Shown: positions 53,636 to 63,697, counted from the first letter of the stretch. The stretch is DNA of 64,000 nucleotides from Candidatus Kaiserbacteria bacterium (GCA_963767115.1 CAVYCR010000001.1:2430-66429); one strand, 5' to 3'. Program-made: numbers and translations. The notes: a model not told the origin generated them from the sequence alone.

Positions 53636-54049
53636 ATGCAGGCCCTGATGATGTGGTTGTCACAATTCCTCTTCCTTGCGCCGATCTCGGCGAGCCTTTT
53701 GCGCGTCACGCTCGGGCTCTACGTGCTCTATTTCGCTTATCACCTCTATGGTGTGCGCGAAGCGCTGACGCACCGCAAGCTGCCCGTCATCGGCCATATG
53801 AAAGCGTGGCTCGTATGGATCGGGGTTGTCGTAGCAGGCGTCGTCGGCACAATGCTTTTTGTCGGCTATCTGACGCAGCTGGTAGCGATCATCGCGGGCG
53901 TAATCTTCGCCAAGCTCTGGTGGTTCTCGCCGGATCTTGATGGTCTTGGTTTCTATAACCGAAGCACGATTTTCCTCCTGATCGTCATCTGCATCTCGAT
54001 CTTCATGACCGGTGCGGGACTCTACGCCTTCGACCTCCCCCTCTATTAA
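53636..54049 (+). CDS. DoxX-like membrane protein
   Basis: 137 aa with 4 TM helices. LLRVTLGLYVLYFAYH is consistent with DoxX, but the match is weak. Confidence 0.6.
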   Translation: MQALMMWLSQFLFLAPISASLLRVTLGLYVLYFAYHLYGVREALTHRKLPVIGHMKAWLVWIGVVVAGVVGTMLFVGYLTQLVAIIAGVIFAKLWWFSPDLDGLGFYNRSTIFLLIVICISIFMTGAGLYAFDLPLY

Positions 54050-54144
54050 AATAATGTAATTTCTTGTAAAGCCCCGGCCTTTACAAAGAGTTCGCATTCG
54101 CGCTTCTGAATGCTATATTTTCCCTGTTCGTATAAAGGATGTAC

Positions 54145-54217
54145 CCGCCCATAGCTCAGCTGGTAGAGCAGCTCCCTTTTAAGGAGTTTGTCCCTGGTTC
54201 GAATCCAGGTGGGCGGA
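54145..54217 (+). tRNA. tRNA-Lys (TTT)
   Basis: Hand-folded. Acceptor CCGCCCA/TGGGCGG, D-loop AGCTGGTA, anticodon loop CTTTTAA, T-arm CCTGGTTCGAATCCAGG. Confidence 0.85.
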
Positions 54218-54233
54218 CAGATTTTTTGCAAAC

Positions 54234-55355
54234 TCAACGCACCGACGTGTAGCTACTTTTCTCGCTAATCTTGGTGAAGACGATCTGCCAGAGTTGGAGG
54301 TAGCGCACGCGGAAGGACGCCGCGCAGGAGAGCAGGTAGTATTTCCACATGCGGTAGAAACGGTCGTCGTATACGCCCGTGCCCTTGAGCTCTTCCCAAT
54401 GCGCGTCGAAGTTTGCAAACCACGCCATCAGAGTCTTGTCGTAGTCTGGTCCGAAGTTGTGCCAGTCTTCCATCGAGAAGAGGTTGTCGGATGCCGCGCC
54501 GATCTGCTTGATCGAAGGGATCATCCCGTCGGGGAAAATGTATTTGCCGTTCCATTCGTCGTTCTGGAAGACGGTCAGGTTGCCGCCGATCGTATGCAGG
54601 AGGAAATAGCCATCGTCTGCGAGGAGCGAGTGCACCTTTTCCATATAGGCGCGGTAATTCTTGTATCCGACATGCTCGAACATCCCGACCGAGACCACGT
54701 GGTCATACGTGCCCGTGAGGCTGTGATAATCCAAGAGCTTCGTCTCGACCGACAAGTCGCCTTTGATCGAGTCGACGTACGCCGCCTGCTCCTTCGAGAC
54801 CGTCACGCCGAAGCCTTTGGCGCCGTAGTGCTCTGCGGCATAGAGGAGGAAGCTTCCCCACCCCGAGCCCACGTCGAGCACACTCTGCCCTTTTTGCAGC
54901 CCGATCTTCCTGCAAATCAAATCGAGCTTCGCCTCCTGCGCCTCATCCAACGTCTTTGCGTCTTTCCAATACCCGCACGAATATGTGAGGCGCTTGTCGA
55001 GCATCGCGCGATAGAGATCGTTGCCGATGTCGTAATGATGCTCCGCCACGCGGAAAGGATTCCACTTCTGCGGGTTGAAGAGCTTGGCGCGCACGTAGCT
55101 CCAGACGACTCCCGGGTTGATCCGTACCTGGTCCTGCAGATGATTCTTGAGGATCTTGTAGATCAGCTCGTCGACATGCTCCGCATCCCACCAGCCGTCC
55201 ATGTAGGATTCGCCGAAGGCGAGCGAGCCGCCGGAGAGCACGCGGTCGTAGAAGGCGGGGTTGTGCACTTGGATATCTGACGGACGATTGCCATCTATCT
55301 GAATGTCGGCTTTTTCAAAAGCGTCCCTGAATACGTTTTCGGTGTTTGAGCTCAT
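54234..55355 (-). CDS. cfa: cyclopropane-fatty-acyl-phospholipid synthase
   Basis: 373 aa. HYDIGNDLY, the SAM motif VLDVGSGWGSF, FEHVG, and a C-terminus typical of the CFA/mycolic acid methyltransferase family. Confidence 0.9.
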   Translation of the reverse strand: MSSNTENVFRDAFEKADIQIDGNRPSDIQVHNPAFYDRVLSGGSLAFGESYMDGWWDAEHVDELIYKILKNHLQDQVRINPGVVWSYVRAKLFNPQKWNPFRVAEHHYDIGNDLYRAMLDKRLTYSCGYWKDAKTLDEAQEAKLDLICRKIGLQKGQSVLDVGSGWGSFLLYAAEHYGAKGFGVTVSKEQAAYVDSIKGDLSVETKLLDYHSLTGTYDHVVSVGMFEHVGYKNYRAYMEKVHSLLADDGYFLLHTIGGNLTVFQNDEWNGKYIFPDGMIPSIKQIGAASDNLFSMEDWHNFGPDYDKTLMAWFANFDAHWEELKGTGVYDDRFYRMWKYYLLSCAASFRVRYLQLWQIVFTKISEKSSYTSVR

Positions 55356-55449
55356 GAAGCAATTATACGTTCACTAACCGAAACCTGCCACCGGACGTCG
55401 CTTATGAACCCGAGTATCGATCATAGGAAAACCGCGTTCAGGGAGTACA

Positions 55450-57849
55450 ATGGGTTGTATGGACAACGACTCATCGGCGGCGAAAGCATCCACATCCCCC
55501 GAAGCGCCGGCGATCTTTACAATCTTCGGCATTACGGGCGATCTTGCCGCAAAGAAGATCATTCCCGCGCTCTGGTTCTTGAAACGCGAAGGGCGACTGC
55601 CGCGAGAACTCTCGATTGTCGGGTTCGCGCGGCGCACGCTCTCCGAGGATGATTTCAGGAAGATGGTGCGCGAGGCCGTGGAGAAAGTGGCGAAATCTGC
55701 AGCGCCAGATGAAGAGTTCGATGCCTTCTTCAAAATGTTCTCGTACCGCTCGGGCACGTTTGATACGACGGAGGGTTTCGCTCCGCTTGCGGAGCGCATC
55801 AAGGAAATCGAGGCTGCGTGGAGCACGCCGACCAACAAGCTCTTTTATCTCGCCGTCCCGTCGGAAGCGTACGAAGCGATATTCTCACGCCTCGCCGGTG
55901 CGGGGCTTAACGTACCAGCGACCGATCAAACGTGGAGCCGCATACTCATCGAGAAGCCATTCGGCCATGATCGCGCGAGCGCGCGAGAATTGCGCGCACT
56001 TCTCTTGAAATTCTTCACCGAGGACCAGGTCTATTCCATCGACCACTATCTCTTCAAGGAGATCGTGCAGGGCATCGAGAATTTTCGCTTTTCCAATAAC
56101 CTCTTCGAGAAGAATTGGGATAGAAGCACCATCGAACGCATCGACATCCGCCTGCACGAATCGATCGGCGTCGAAAAACGTGGGAGCTTCTACGAGGGCG
56201 TCGGATGCTTGCGAGACGTTGGAGAAAACCACGTCCTTGCCATGCTCGCCGCGATCACCATGGAGTATCCGCCAACCATGGAGGTGGCCGCAGTGCGCAA
56301 AAACAGGGCCGAAATCCTCGAGACCTTGGCGCCATGGGGCGAGGAGTCGATACGGTCCGACACCTACCGCGCGCAGTATGAGGGCTATCGCGCGATCGAG
56401 GGCGTTGCGCCTAATTCCAACGTTGAGACATACTTCGCGCTCAAGACGACGCTCGAGCACCCACGCTGGAAGGGCGTGCCCATCTACATGGAGGCCGGCA
56501 AGCGCATGGCGGAATCGCGCAAAGAAGTCGTGTTGACCCTGAAGCATCCCGAGGTATGCTTCTTGTGCGAGACGAACCAAAAGCACGGCCCCAACCGCAT
56601 CTCCTTCCGCCTCGAGCCCAACGACGAGATCATCATCGACTTCTGGACGCGCAAGCCTGGCTTTGAAAACGTGCTCGAAGAGCGCGCGATGTCCTTCTTT
56701 CTCTATGAGAAAAAGAACAAAGTACAATACGTCGAGGAATACGCCAAGGTAATCCACGCGGCGATCGAAGGCGACCAATCGTTCTTCGTTTCGCCGGAGG
56801 AAATCGATGCGCAGTGGCAATTCGTCGATCCGATAGTCGAGGGTTGGGCGCATGGCATGGTACCGCGCAATTCATACGCGCCTGATACGAATCCCGCGCC
56901 GGCACTCTGGCAAACGGGCATTTCCCAGCCATCGAGGCGTGCCGCGCAAAGACCCGCAATCGGATTCATCGGCTTGGGTAAAATGGGCGCCAATCTCACC
57001 CGACAGCTTCACAAAAAAGAATGGGATGTCATCGGCAACAACATCACTCCCGATGCGGTGAAGCAGATCGAAACAGAAGGCATCCGCGGCGCGTATACGC
57101 TCAGCGATCTCGTCGCGGCACTTCCGTCCCCGCGCACGCTCTGGCTCATGGTGCCGCATCAGGCAGTTGACGCGGTGATTGATGAACTCGTTCCCCTGCT
57201 TACAAAGGGCGACACGATCATCGACGGCGGTAATTCTCCGTACAAAGCTTCTCAGAAGCGACATGCAAACCTTGCTGCTCATGGCATCAATTTTATCGAC
57301 GTCGGAGTCTCTGGCGGCCCGGCAGGCGCGCTCAACGGCGCGTGCCTGATGGTCGGCGGAGAGCGTGCGCTCTTCGACCAAAACGAGCAACTCTTCAAAG
57401 ATCTCTCCGTCGCTGACGGTTATATGTATGCGGGCTTGCCCGGAGCAGGACATTTCGTGAAGATGATCCACAACGGGATCGAATACGGCATGATGCAGGC
57501 GATCGCCGAAGGATTCGAGATATTGAAGAAATCACCACTCGCTATCGACCTGCCAAAGACTGCCGAGACCTACGATCACGGCTCGGTGATCGAGTCACGG
57601 CTCATGACATGGCTCTCAGCGGCATATCAGGAGGCGGGAGCTGGTTTGGATCAGTACTCAGGATCGGTCGATCAGAGCGGTGAAGGACAATGGACTGTCG
57701 ACGAAGCGCGCGAGCTCGGCGTACCCGCCCCCGTCATCGAAGCCTCGCTCGAATTCCGGAAAAGATCTGCGCAGTCGCCCTCGTATACGGGCCGCGTGCT
57801 CTCAGCGCTGCGGAACCAGTTTGGCGGACACGCCACCCGCCACCAATAA
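55450..57849 (+). CDS. zwf: fusion protein: glucose-6-phosphate dehydrogenase (N-terminal part) plus short-form 6-phosphogluconate dehydrogenase (C-terminal about 300 aa)
   Basis: Zwf motifs FGITGDLAAKK, EKPFGHD and IDHYLFKE. After a linker comes the Gnd-like IGFIGLGKMGANLTRQL...GGNSPY...HFVKMIHNGIEYGMMQAIAEG, all in one uninterrupted 799-aa ORF. Confidence 0.85.
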   Translation: MGCMDNDSSAAKASTSPEAPAIFTIFGITGDLAAKKIIPALWFLKREGRLPRELSIVGFARRTLSEDDFRKMVREAVEKVAKSAAPDEEFDAFFKMFSYRSGTFDTTEGFAPLAERIKEIEAAWSTPTNKLFYLAVPSEAYEAIFSRLAGAGLNVPATDQTWSRILIEKPFGHDRASARELRALLLKFFTEDQVYSIDHYLFKEIVQGIENFRFSNNLFEKNWDRSTIERIDIRLHESIGVEKRGSFYEGVGCLRDVGENHVLAMLAAITMEYPPTMEVAAVRKNRAEILETLAPWGEESIRSDTYRAQYEGYRAIEGVAPNSNVETYFALKTTLEHPRWKGVPIYMEAGKRMAESRKEVVLTLKHPEVCFLCETNQKHGPNRISFRLEPNDEIIIDFWTRKPGFENVLEERAMSFFLYEKKNKVQYVEEYAKVIHAAIEGDQSFFVSPEEIDAQWQFVDPIVEGWAHGMVPRNSYAPDTNPAPALWQTGISQPSRRAAQRPAIGFIGLGKMGANLTRQLHKKEWDVIGNNITPDAVKQIETEGIRGAYTLSDLVAALPSPRTLWLMVPHQAVDAVIDELVPLLTKGDTIIDGGNSPYKASQKRHANLAAHGINFIDVGVSGGPAGALNGACLMVGGERALFDQNEQLFKDLSVADGYMYAGLPGAGHFVKMIHNGIEYGMMQAIAEGFEILKKSPLAIDLPKTAETYDHGSVIESRLMTWLSAAYQEAGAGLDQYSGSVDQSGEGQWTVDEARELGVPAPVIEASLEFRKRSAQSPSYTGRVLSALRNQFGGHATRHQ

Positions 57850-57930
57850 CCACACCGTCTTCGAGTCGGTCCTGTAAAATTACAGTCAGCAAGATTGTAT
57901 TAACAGCGTTATAGGATAAAACAAGCAAAT

Positions 57931-58476
57931 ATGTCATTTTTTCAACCTCTTATCAGCTTCTTCGCGGGTATCTCCATGGGATTCGGCTCGCTCTTTGGCG
58001 GGCATGCCGCCATGCCAACTGATGCGCAGACGCCTCCTCCACCTAGCTATGCCGACAACGGCTCCGGCATGGGCGCGCAGGGAGGCTATGCCTCGTCGAC
58101 CGGCGGCTACGGCCACATGGGATCTTCGACGCACGCGATGGGCATGCCCAATATCCCCGTAGGCGGTGCAGTGCGTGGCTCCATTACTGCCATCAGCGCC
58201 GATAGCATCACCGTAACGGACGCGAGCAGCACCACTCATATAATCGACATCACGAGCTCAACCAAGATCCAGAGCTTCGATGCTACGTCACATCAGATGA
58301 CGACGCTCTCCGTCGGCGACCTCAAGACCGGTGAGTCTGTCTTCGTGCTCGGACAACCCCAGAGCGACGGGTCGATCAGCGCGATGATGATAAGCGAAGG
58401 TACAAGCTTCCCTACGCCAGGTAGCAACGGCGGCGTACGCTTGCACGGCGGCGTGAATATTTCGGTGCAGCAGTAA
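57931..58476 (+). CDS. secreted protein with a DUF5666-like beta domain
   Basis: Signal sequence and a Gly/Met-rich linker. GSITAISADSITVTD...TKIQSF...LKTGESVFVLG fits the DUF5666 pattern. Confidence 0.6.
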   Translation: MSFFQPLISFFAGISMGFGSLFGGHAAMPTDAQTPPPPSYADNGSGMGAQGGYASSTGGYGHMGSSTHAMGMPNIPVGGAVRGSITAISADSITVTDASSTTHIIDITSSTKIQSFDATSHQMTTLSVGDLKTGESVFVLGQPQSDGSISAMMISEGTSFPTPGSNGGVRLHGGVNISVQQ

Positions 58477-58554
58477 CAGACCCATACAGACATTCGAAAC
58501 AGCCGTGTCACACGCGGCTGTTGTCGTTTGCATTAGAAGCCAAATCACTCCATA

Positions 58555-59283
58555 GTGGCCGGGATGTCAGACATTCTTTCCCCCATTCAAAATCACATAA
58601 TTTCTCGGCTCAAGAACGCCGCGAGCTTGCGGTATCGCGACCTACAGCCCGATCTCGTACCCAACGACCTCTTCAACTACCATCTGCAATTCCTCGTCAA
58701 GAAAGGTTTGGTCGACCGCTCCGATGAAGGTTATGCACTCTCAAAAAACGGCATAGGGGTCGTTGCTGATACGAACGTCCGCACTGTTGACGCAAAAATC
58801 GCAAGCACCTTCAAGTTCAATGTGATCACGATCGTCTCACGTGAGAACAATGGCAAGATCGAAATTCTCAACCAGTTGCGTAAGAGTCATCCGTCGTACG
58901 GCAAGATCGGCGTGGTGGGTGGCATCGTGCACAAAGGCGAAGCTCTGGAAGATGCGGCTACACGCAAGCTCAAGGAGGAAACGGGGCTCGATGCAGCTTT
59001 CAAGATCATTGGGATTGAAAGGCGATTTCTCTATAAAGATGATGCACTATTTTCTGATGTCTTATTCCCTATCGCGTATTCCGATGATGCGACCGGGGGA
59101 TTGCGTGGAGAAACGGAATTCGGCGAGAACTTCTGGGTACCGATTGACGAGGCGATCAAAAATGAGTCAGTGGAATTTGATTCGATCACATCAATCGTCG
59201 ACGTCCTTAGGGCGGTCAAGAATGATTCGATTTCGGCGATGCGGTTTTTCTACAACGAGCAGACCCAAAAAGACCAATTGTAG
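58555..59283 (+). CDS. NUDIX hydrolase with an N-terminal winged-helix domain
   Basis: The Nudix box GGIVHKGEALEDAATRKLKEETGL is present. The N-terminal about 70 aa (ISRLKNAASLRYRDL...FLVKKGLV) are wHTH-like. Confidence 0.8.
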   Translation: MAGMSDILSPIQNHIISRLKNAASLRYRDLQPDLVPNDLFNYHLQFLVKKGLVDRSDEGYALSKNGIGVVADTNVRTVDAKIASTFKFNVITIVSRENNGKIEILNQLRKSHPSYGKIGVVGGIVHKGEALEDAATRKLKEETGLDAAFKIIGIERRFLYKDDALFSDVLFPIAYSDDATGGLRGETEFGENFWVPIDEAIKNESVEFDSITSIVDVLRAVKNDSISAMRFFYNEQTQKDQL

Positions 59284-59392
59284 AGCCACAAAAAATTGCC
59301 GAGGACATCCTCTCTTTTCTAGATTATATAGATGCATATAGTGGCTCGTGGTTTGTTCCTTTACAAACTACACGCCTTCTATGGAGGAAGTC

Positions 59393-60238
59393 ATGAGCAT
59401 CAGATGCGCTGAACTGGATTATTCGAGTGGCTTGGGGCGTGCGTCATTCACCTACACTTCGATAGGCGCTTCGGCGATCCACGAGGCGATCGATTACTGG
59501 AAACAGTTCTGCAATTTGGGCATGGAGGATAAGCTGCGATTGGCCTACGAACATCTTGATGGTCTCGGAATCGGGTATGAGTACAAACCCGGGATCGGAG
59601 GGACATTCGATCGCAAGGAAAATTTCCACGTGAACATGAACGGAATGGATCGCTTACGGACTCTTCTGCAAGAGTATCCTCAAGATGATGTGCAGAGATC
59701 TCTTATCCTTGCAACGAATTCCCTCGTGGACGCAATCGCGCCACTCGCTGTCGAATACGCCAATGCGATAGAAATGCGCTGTGGAATCACCGGGCTAGTG
59801 TCGGAAGTTCTCAGCGGCATAAGCCGATGGCTTTTTCGATATCTGCACTACTTCGAAGGCCACACGGTGGGCGACGAGATCGCATCAGCGCACGCGGACA
59901 AAAGCGGGTTCACGATCTATCTCTATGAGAGTACGTCGGGCGTGGAGTGGCTCGATGCCAGCCTTCAGTGGAAGGGTGCTTCCGGGCCGATCATCGGTTA
60001 TACGGTGATGCCTGGCATGCAGTTGCAGTATCGGACACAAGGCGTGATCAAGGCGATGTATCATCGTGTGGTCGCAGACGAATATATAGCAAGACACGGC
60101 AGGTACGCGATGGTCTGTTTCATCCCGCTTATGAATACGCCAAAGTATGACAAGGTGCGCGCGGGACGACTGCAGGATGCCCTGGTTGGTTTCAACTATT
60201 CGATGCCGTTCGAAAAGTTCGCGGAACTTTTCGTGTAA
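59393..60238 (+). CDS. 2OG-Fe(II) oxygenase superfamily protein (IPNS-like)
   Basis: FRYLHYFEG...SAHADKSGFTIYL...GVEWLD...HRVV...GRYAMVCF gives the HxD...H...R facial triad pattern. The start is taken at the ATG preceded by GGAGGA. Confidence 0.6.
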   Translation: MSIRCAELDYSSGLGRASFTYTSIGASAIHEAIDYWKQFCNLGMEDKLRLAYEHLDGLGIGYEYKPGIGGTFDRKENFHVNMNGMDRLRTLLQEYPQDDVQRSLILATNSLVDAIAPLAVEYANAIEMRCGITGLVSEVLSGISRWLFRYLHYFEGHTVGDEIASAHADKSGFTIYLYESTSGVEWLDASLQWKGASGPIIGYTVMPGMQLQYRTQGVIKAMYHRVVADEYIARHGRYAMVCFIPLMNTPKYDKVRAGRLQDALVGFNYSMPFEKFAELFV

Positions 60239-60281
60239 TCAACGCCGTCAGCCCAAGGCTGGCGGCATTCCTTTTTCTTAT

Positions 60282-62969
60282 TTAAATCGCCATCGAGACC
60301 GTCACATAACCGGTGACGGGATTGCCTTTGGTATCGACACACGAGATCGAGTAGGTCGTCGCTTGGGTGAGTGGCACGGTGTTGGCACCGCCCGAGAGCG
60401 TGTTCTCGCTGAAGCTGCCGTCGGGTGAAGTCTCAGCGCAGCCGGTGACGCCCTGCGTGTTCCAATAGATCGTAGTGCGCGCACCGAGCGTGACAGAAGC
60501 CGGCACTGCCCAGATGTCGACCTTCGGGACGACACTGAGCGTCGTCGAAGCGGCCGGCGGCGATTGGGTAGTATTGGCCGGAGTAGTTGTCTTAGCAGGT
60601 GTCCTTGTTTGCTGCACCGATGTTTGTGTCAGGCTCACTTGCGGGTTCGCGCTCGCTTGAGTCGCTGCTGTGGGCCCGACCGTATACCCTGCCCACGTGC
60701 AGAGCCCGTCGAAAAATGACGGCGGAAAAATATTGGCCAAGAAGTTGGTAGACCACGGGCGGCTCGTGCACCAGCTCGAGACGAGCGCAGTCACTGCACC
60801 AGCGATGGTATTGCCACCGAAGAAACCAGCGACTTCCGTATCGCCATTAGTGCTATTGGCAGTGAAGGTGCCGCCGTTGGGTGTCGTAACGATGTTGCCC
60901 GAGACACTGCCCTGACGGTAAGGGCCCGTCGTCGATGCGCCCGCAGTAGAGTTTTGTGTGAAAGTACCGGTAACGTCTGCAATACTCGGAGCGCCGTTTG
61001 ATCCGCCGTTCGTATAGTAGGTGCCGATGGTACCCCCGGTGTTGTTGGTTGAGCTCGCAGTCACAATTACCACTGAAGATTGTAGCGCGAGACTGGTGTT
61101 GGCATTGATGAGCGAGAGTGTGTAGTTGCCGGAAGTTTGATAGGTATGATTAATCTTGCCGGTGGAACCCACCAGACAATCCGCGGTCGCACCGTCGAAG
61201 ACGGTCTCATCAGCAGTGTTGTCGCCAAAGGAAAGTACGATCGGCGAGTGCGGACACGATCCCGACGTATCATTTACGGCAACAGAGACCGTAAGCGGTG
61301 CAGTGCCGGAGCTTGGCGTAGGAGTGAGAGTGCCGTTGGTCGTATCGGTAGTTCCAGGAGTATTACTTGCAGCATAGACAATAATAGACGACTGTTGCAG
61401 TGTTCCACCCGTGTTGAGGTTGCCAAGCTCGGCCGAATAAGTATCGGCATTTTGATACGTATGACCAAACGTTTGAGTTGCACCTACAAGACAATCTGTA
61501 CTCAGACCATCGAAGACCGTTTGGTTGGTCGTACTATCGCCGTAGGAGATTGCAATCGGCGAATGAGGACATGAGCCTGAGGTGTCGGTAACGGTAAACG
61601 AGACAGCAAGCGGTGCTACACCCGAGCCCGGTGTGGGGGTGAGGGTAGCGTTGGTCGTATCAACCGGAGGTTTCGCAGCTGTCACGATGACCGAAGATTG
61701 CTGCAAAGCATTGCCAGTTTTTAGGTTGATAACGGCAGCCAAATAGGTACTCGCATTTTGATACGTATGACTAATCGTCTGTGTCGCGCCTATCTGACAG
61801 TCGCTACTCGCACCGTCGAAGACCGTTTGGTTGGTAGTACTATCACCGTAAGAGATTGCAATCGGCGAATGAGGACATGCGCCTGAGGTGTCAGTAACGG
61901 TAAACGAGACGACGAGCGGTGCTGTGCCGGAGCTTGGTGTCGGTGTCAGTGTGGCATTGGTCGTGTCGGTCGCTCCGAGATTACTTGCGCTCGATACAAC
62001 GACAGACGACTGTTGCAGCGTCGCGCCCGTGTTGAGGTTGCTTAGCTTGGGCGAATAGGTACTCGCATTTTGATATGTATGATTCAACGTCTGTGTCGCG
62101 CCTATCTGACAGTCGCTACTCGCACCGTCGAAGACCGTTTGGTTGGTAGTACTATCACCGTAAGAGATTGCAATCGGCGAATGAGGACATGCGCCTGAGG
62201 TGTCAGTAACGGTAAACGAGACGACGAGCGGTGCTGTGCCGGAGCTTGGTGTGGGTGTCAGTGTGGCATTGGTCGTGTCGGTCCCAATAGATGCAATACA
62301 CCCAGTGGACGGTGTTCCAGTATCGCCAGTCGGGCATACACTACCCGTAGTAATGGGACAAGTCCCTGCTTCTTCCTGTGCAAGCGAACAGCTTGAGCCT
62401 GTGTCTGAGCTACAGTTCGGGTACGTGCCGGTCTCGCCTATAGGGCAAGTCCCGGTGATGTTCGTCGAGGGAATATATTGTGCACACGGATCGCTCGGGG
62501 AGGGGTTGGTGGACTCGGTGTAATAGCTACTCGTGCAGCTTGCTGCGGTCGTTCCCGTATCACCGCTGCCACTCCCTCCGCCGCTACCCTGCATAAGCTG
62601 GCCGAGGATCTGGCCGACCGTTTGCGCAAGTTGGCCGAGGCTGCTCATTGCGTTACCTCCGCCACCGAGGCCACTCGCAGATACCGCCTGACATTCATTG
62701 GGAAGAATACATATACCCGCAGTCGAGCCACCGGGGAATGATGCGCTGCAGGGAGCCATAAACTTATTCAATCCCGCCTGGCAACCGTTTGCGCCGGGCA
62801 CTTGATTCATAGGACAGCTCGGAATGACAGGATTGCATTCGGTATCCGCTACAATGGCCGCGTTGGCTTGGGCGTGAGCAGTATTCGCAACAAGAAAAAA
62901 CAAGATCAGCGCAGAAGAAATAATTCCGCACAGAACAATAACGATGCTCCTTCGGAGAGCTTGTGACAT
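60282..62969 (-). CDS. large secreted protein with four tandem PKD-like repeats and a C-terminal Ig-like module
   Basis: 895 aa with a signal peptide and a Cys-rich N-terminal region. A 4x 104-aa repeat follows (TDTTNATLTPTPSSGTAPLVVSFTVTDTSG.CPHSPIAISYGDSTTNQTVFDG...). The C-terminal module matches the 26241 and 40197 proteins. Confidence 0.85.
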   Translation of the reverse strand: MSQALRRSIVIVLCGIISSALILFFLVANTAHAQANAAIVADTECNPVIPSCPMNQVPGANGCQAGLNKFMAPCSASFPGGSTAGICILPNECQAVSASGLGGGGNAMSSLGQLAQTVGQILGQLMQGSGGGSGSGDTGTTAASCTSSYYTESTNPSPSDPCAQYIPSTNITGTCPIGETGTYPNCSSDTGSSCSLAQEEAGTCPITTGSVCPTGDTGTPSTGCIASIGTDTTNATLTPTPSSGTAPLVVSFTVTDTSGACPHSPIAISYGDSTTNQTVFDGASSDCQIGATQTLNHTYQNASTYSPKLSNLNTGATLQQSSVVVSSASNLGATDTTNATLTPTPSSGTAPLVVSFTVTDTSGACPHSPIAISYGDSTTNQTVFDGASSDCQIGATQTISHTYQNASTYLAAVINLKTGNALQQSSVIVTAAKPPVDTTNATLTPTPGSGVAPLAVSFTVTDTSGSCPHSPIAISYGDSTTNQTVFDGLSTDCLVGATQTFGHTYQNADTYSAELGNLNTGGTLQQSSIIVYAASNTPGTTDTTNGTLTPTPSSGTAPLTVSVAVNDTSGSCPHSPIVLSFGDNTADETVFDGATADCLVGSTGKINHTYQTSGNYTLSLINANTSLALQSSVVIVTASSTNNTGGTIGTYYTNGGSNGAPSIADVTGTFTQNSTAGASTTGPYRQGSVSGNIVTTPNGGTFTANSTNGDTEVAGFFGGNTIAGAVTALVSSWCTSRPWSTNFLANIFPPSFFDGLCTWAGYTVGPTAATQASANPQVSLTQTSVQQTRTPAKTTTPANTTQSPPAASTTLSVVPKVDIWAVPASVTLGARTTIYWNTQGVTGCAETSPDGSFSENTLSGGANTVPLTQATTYSISCVDTKGNPVTGYVTVSMAI
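61000..62280. repeat. 312-bp tandem DNA repeats (PKD-repeat coding), two copies nearly identical
   Basis: The about-180-bp block starting TATCTGACAGTCGCTACTCGCACCGTCGAAGACCG occurs at 61791 and 62103 with only isolated differences. Outer copies are more diverged. Confidence 0.8.
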
Positions 62970-62982
62970 GCGTCAAATAATA

Positions 62983-63621
62983 TCACGAGACTGAGAGCAC
63001 AAATCGCTCAAGTGCATATTCGAGGTCTTCTCCCTGCCTTCGCGCCTCGTGCGGCAATACTGCAAGCTGTGCGATTAGTTTTTTGGCCCGACTTTTTTCT
63101 TGGTCAGTATGCGCTTTGAGGAAGAAGTCTTTCGCGCCCCAGAAGAGTACGCCATGGATCGCCTCGGGCGCGTCACCGTTGAGTAGTTGGCGCTGATAGC
63201 CTATCCACAAATTCTTCTTGTCGCCGCGCCTCAATGAATTGGCAAGTGCGAAGATTGTCGATCCCCCGTCTGCCTTCTTCGTTGCATCGAATTTCTCGGA
63301 TGTCTCTGCGTACTTTTCGACCATTTTCTTCGTAGCGGCGTCCGGCTTCTCTTCGAGGATGAAAAAAGATTCTTCCGAAGATTTGAGCATGGGCAATGCA
63401 TCGAGGAGTGCTTGCCGCATTGATTCATTCTCCAAGACGTTTTCGAAAACCACCGCGCGCTTCTCGGCAAACATTCCCACGCCCCGCAATGATGCCGCGA
63501 AGTCTTCCACGCTGTTTGCATCGCTCACGCGCACGACGCGCGCGCCCTGTATCTTCTCAGTTGCCTTACCAAGCGCAGCGCGCGCCTTTTGGCGATCAGT
63601 ACCTGAATAGAAATGGAGCAT
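62983..63621 (-). CDS. holA: DNA polymerase III delta subunit-like protein (short)
   Basis: MLHFYSGTDRQKARAALGKA...GMFAEKRAVVFENV...IFALANSLRRGDKKNLWIGYQRQL resembles HolA. The start is taken at 63621. Confidence 0.55.
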   Translation of the reverse strand: MLHFYSGTDRQKARAALGKATEKIQGARVVRVSDANSVEDFAASLRGVGMFAEKRAVVFENVLENESMRQALLDALPMLKSSEESFFILEEKPDAATKKMVEKYAETSEKFDATKKADGGSTIFALANSLRRGDKKNLWIGYQRQLLNGDAPEAIHGVLFWGAKDFFLKAHTDQEKSRAKKLIAQLAVLPHEARRQGEDLEYALERFVLSVS

Positions 63622-63697
63622 TGAGCACAGTGTACTGCCGAACGTTTTCTCATCAAAACGAAAAGGGCCCGCAGGCCCTCTCGAATAATTCGATTCT

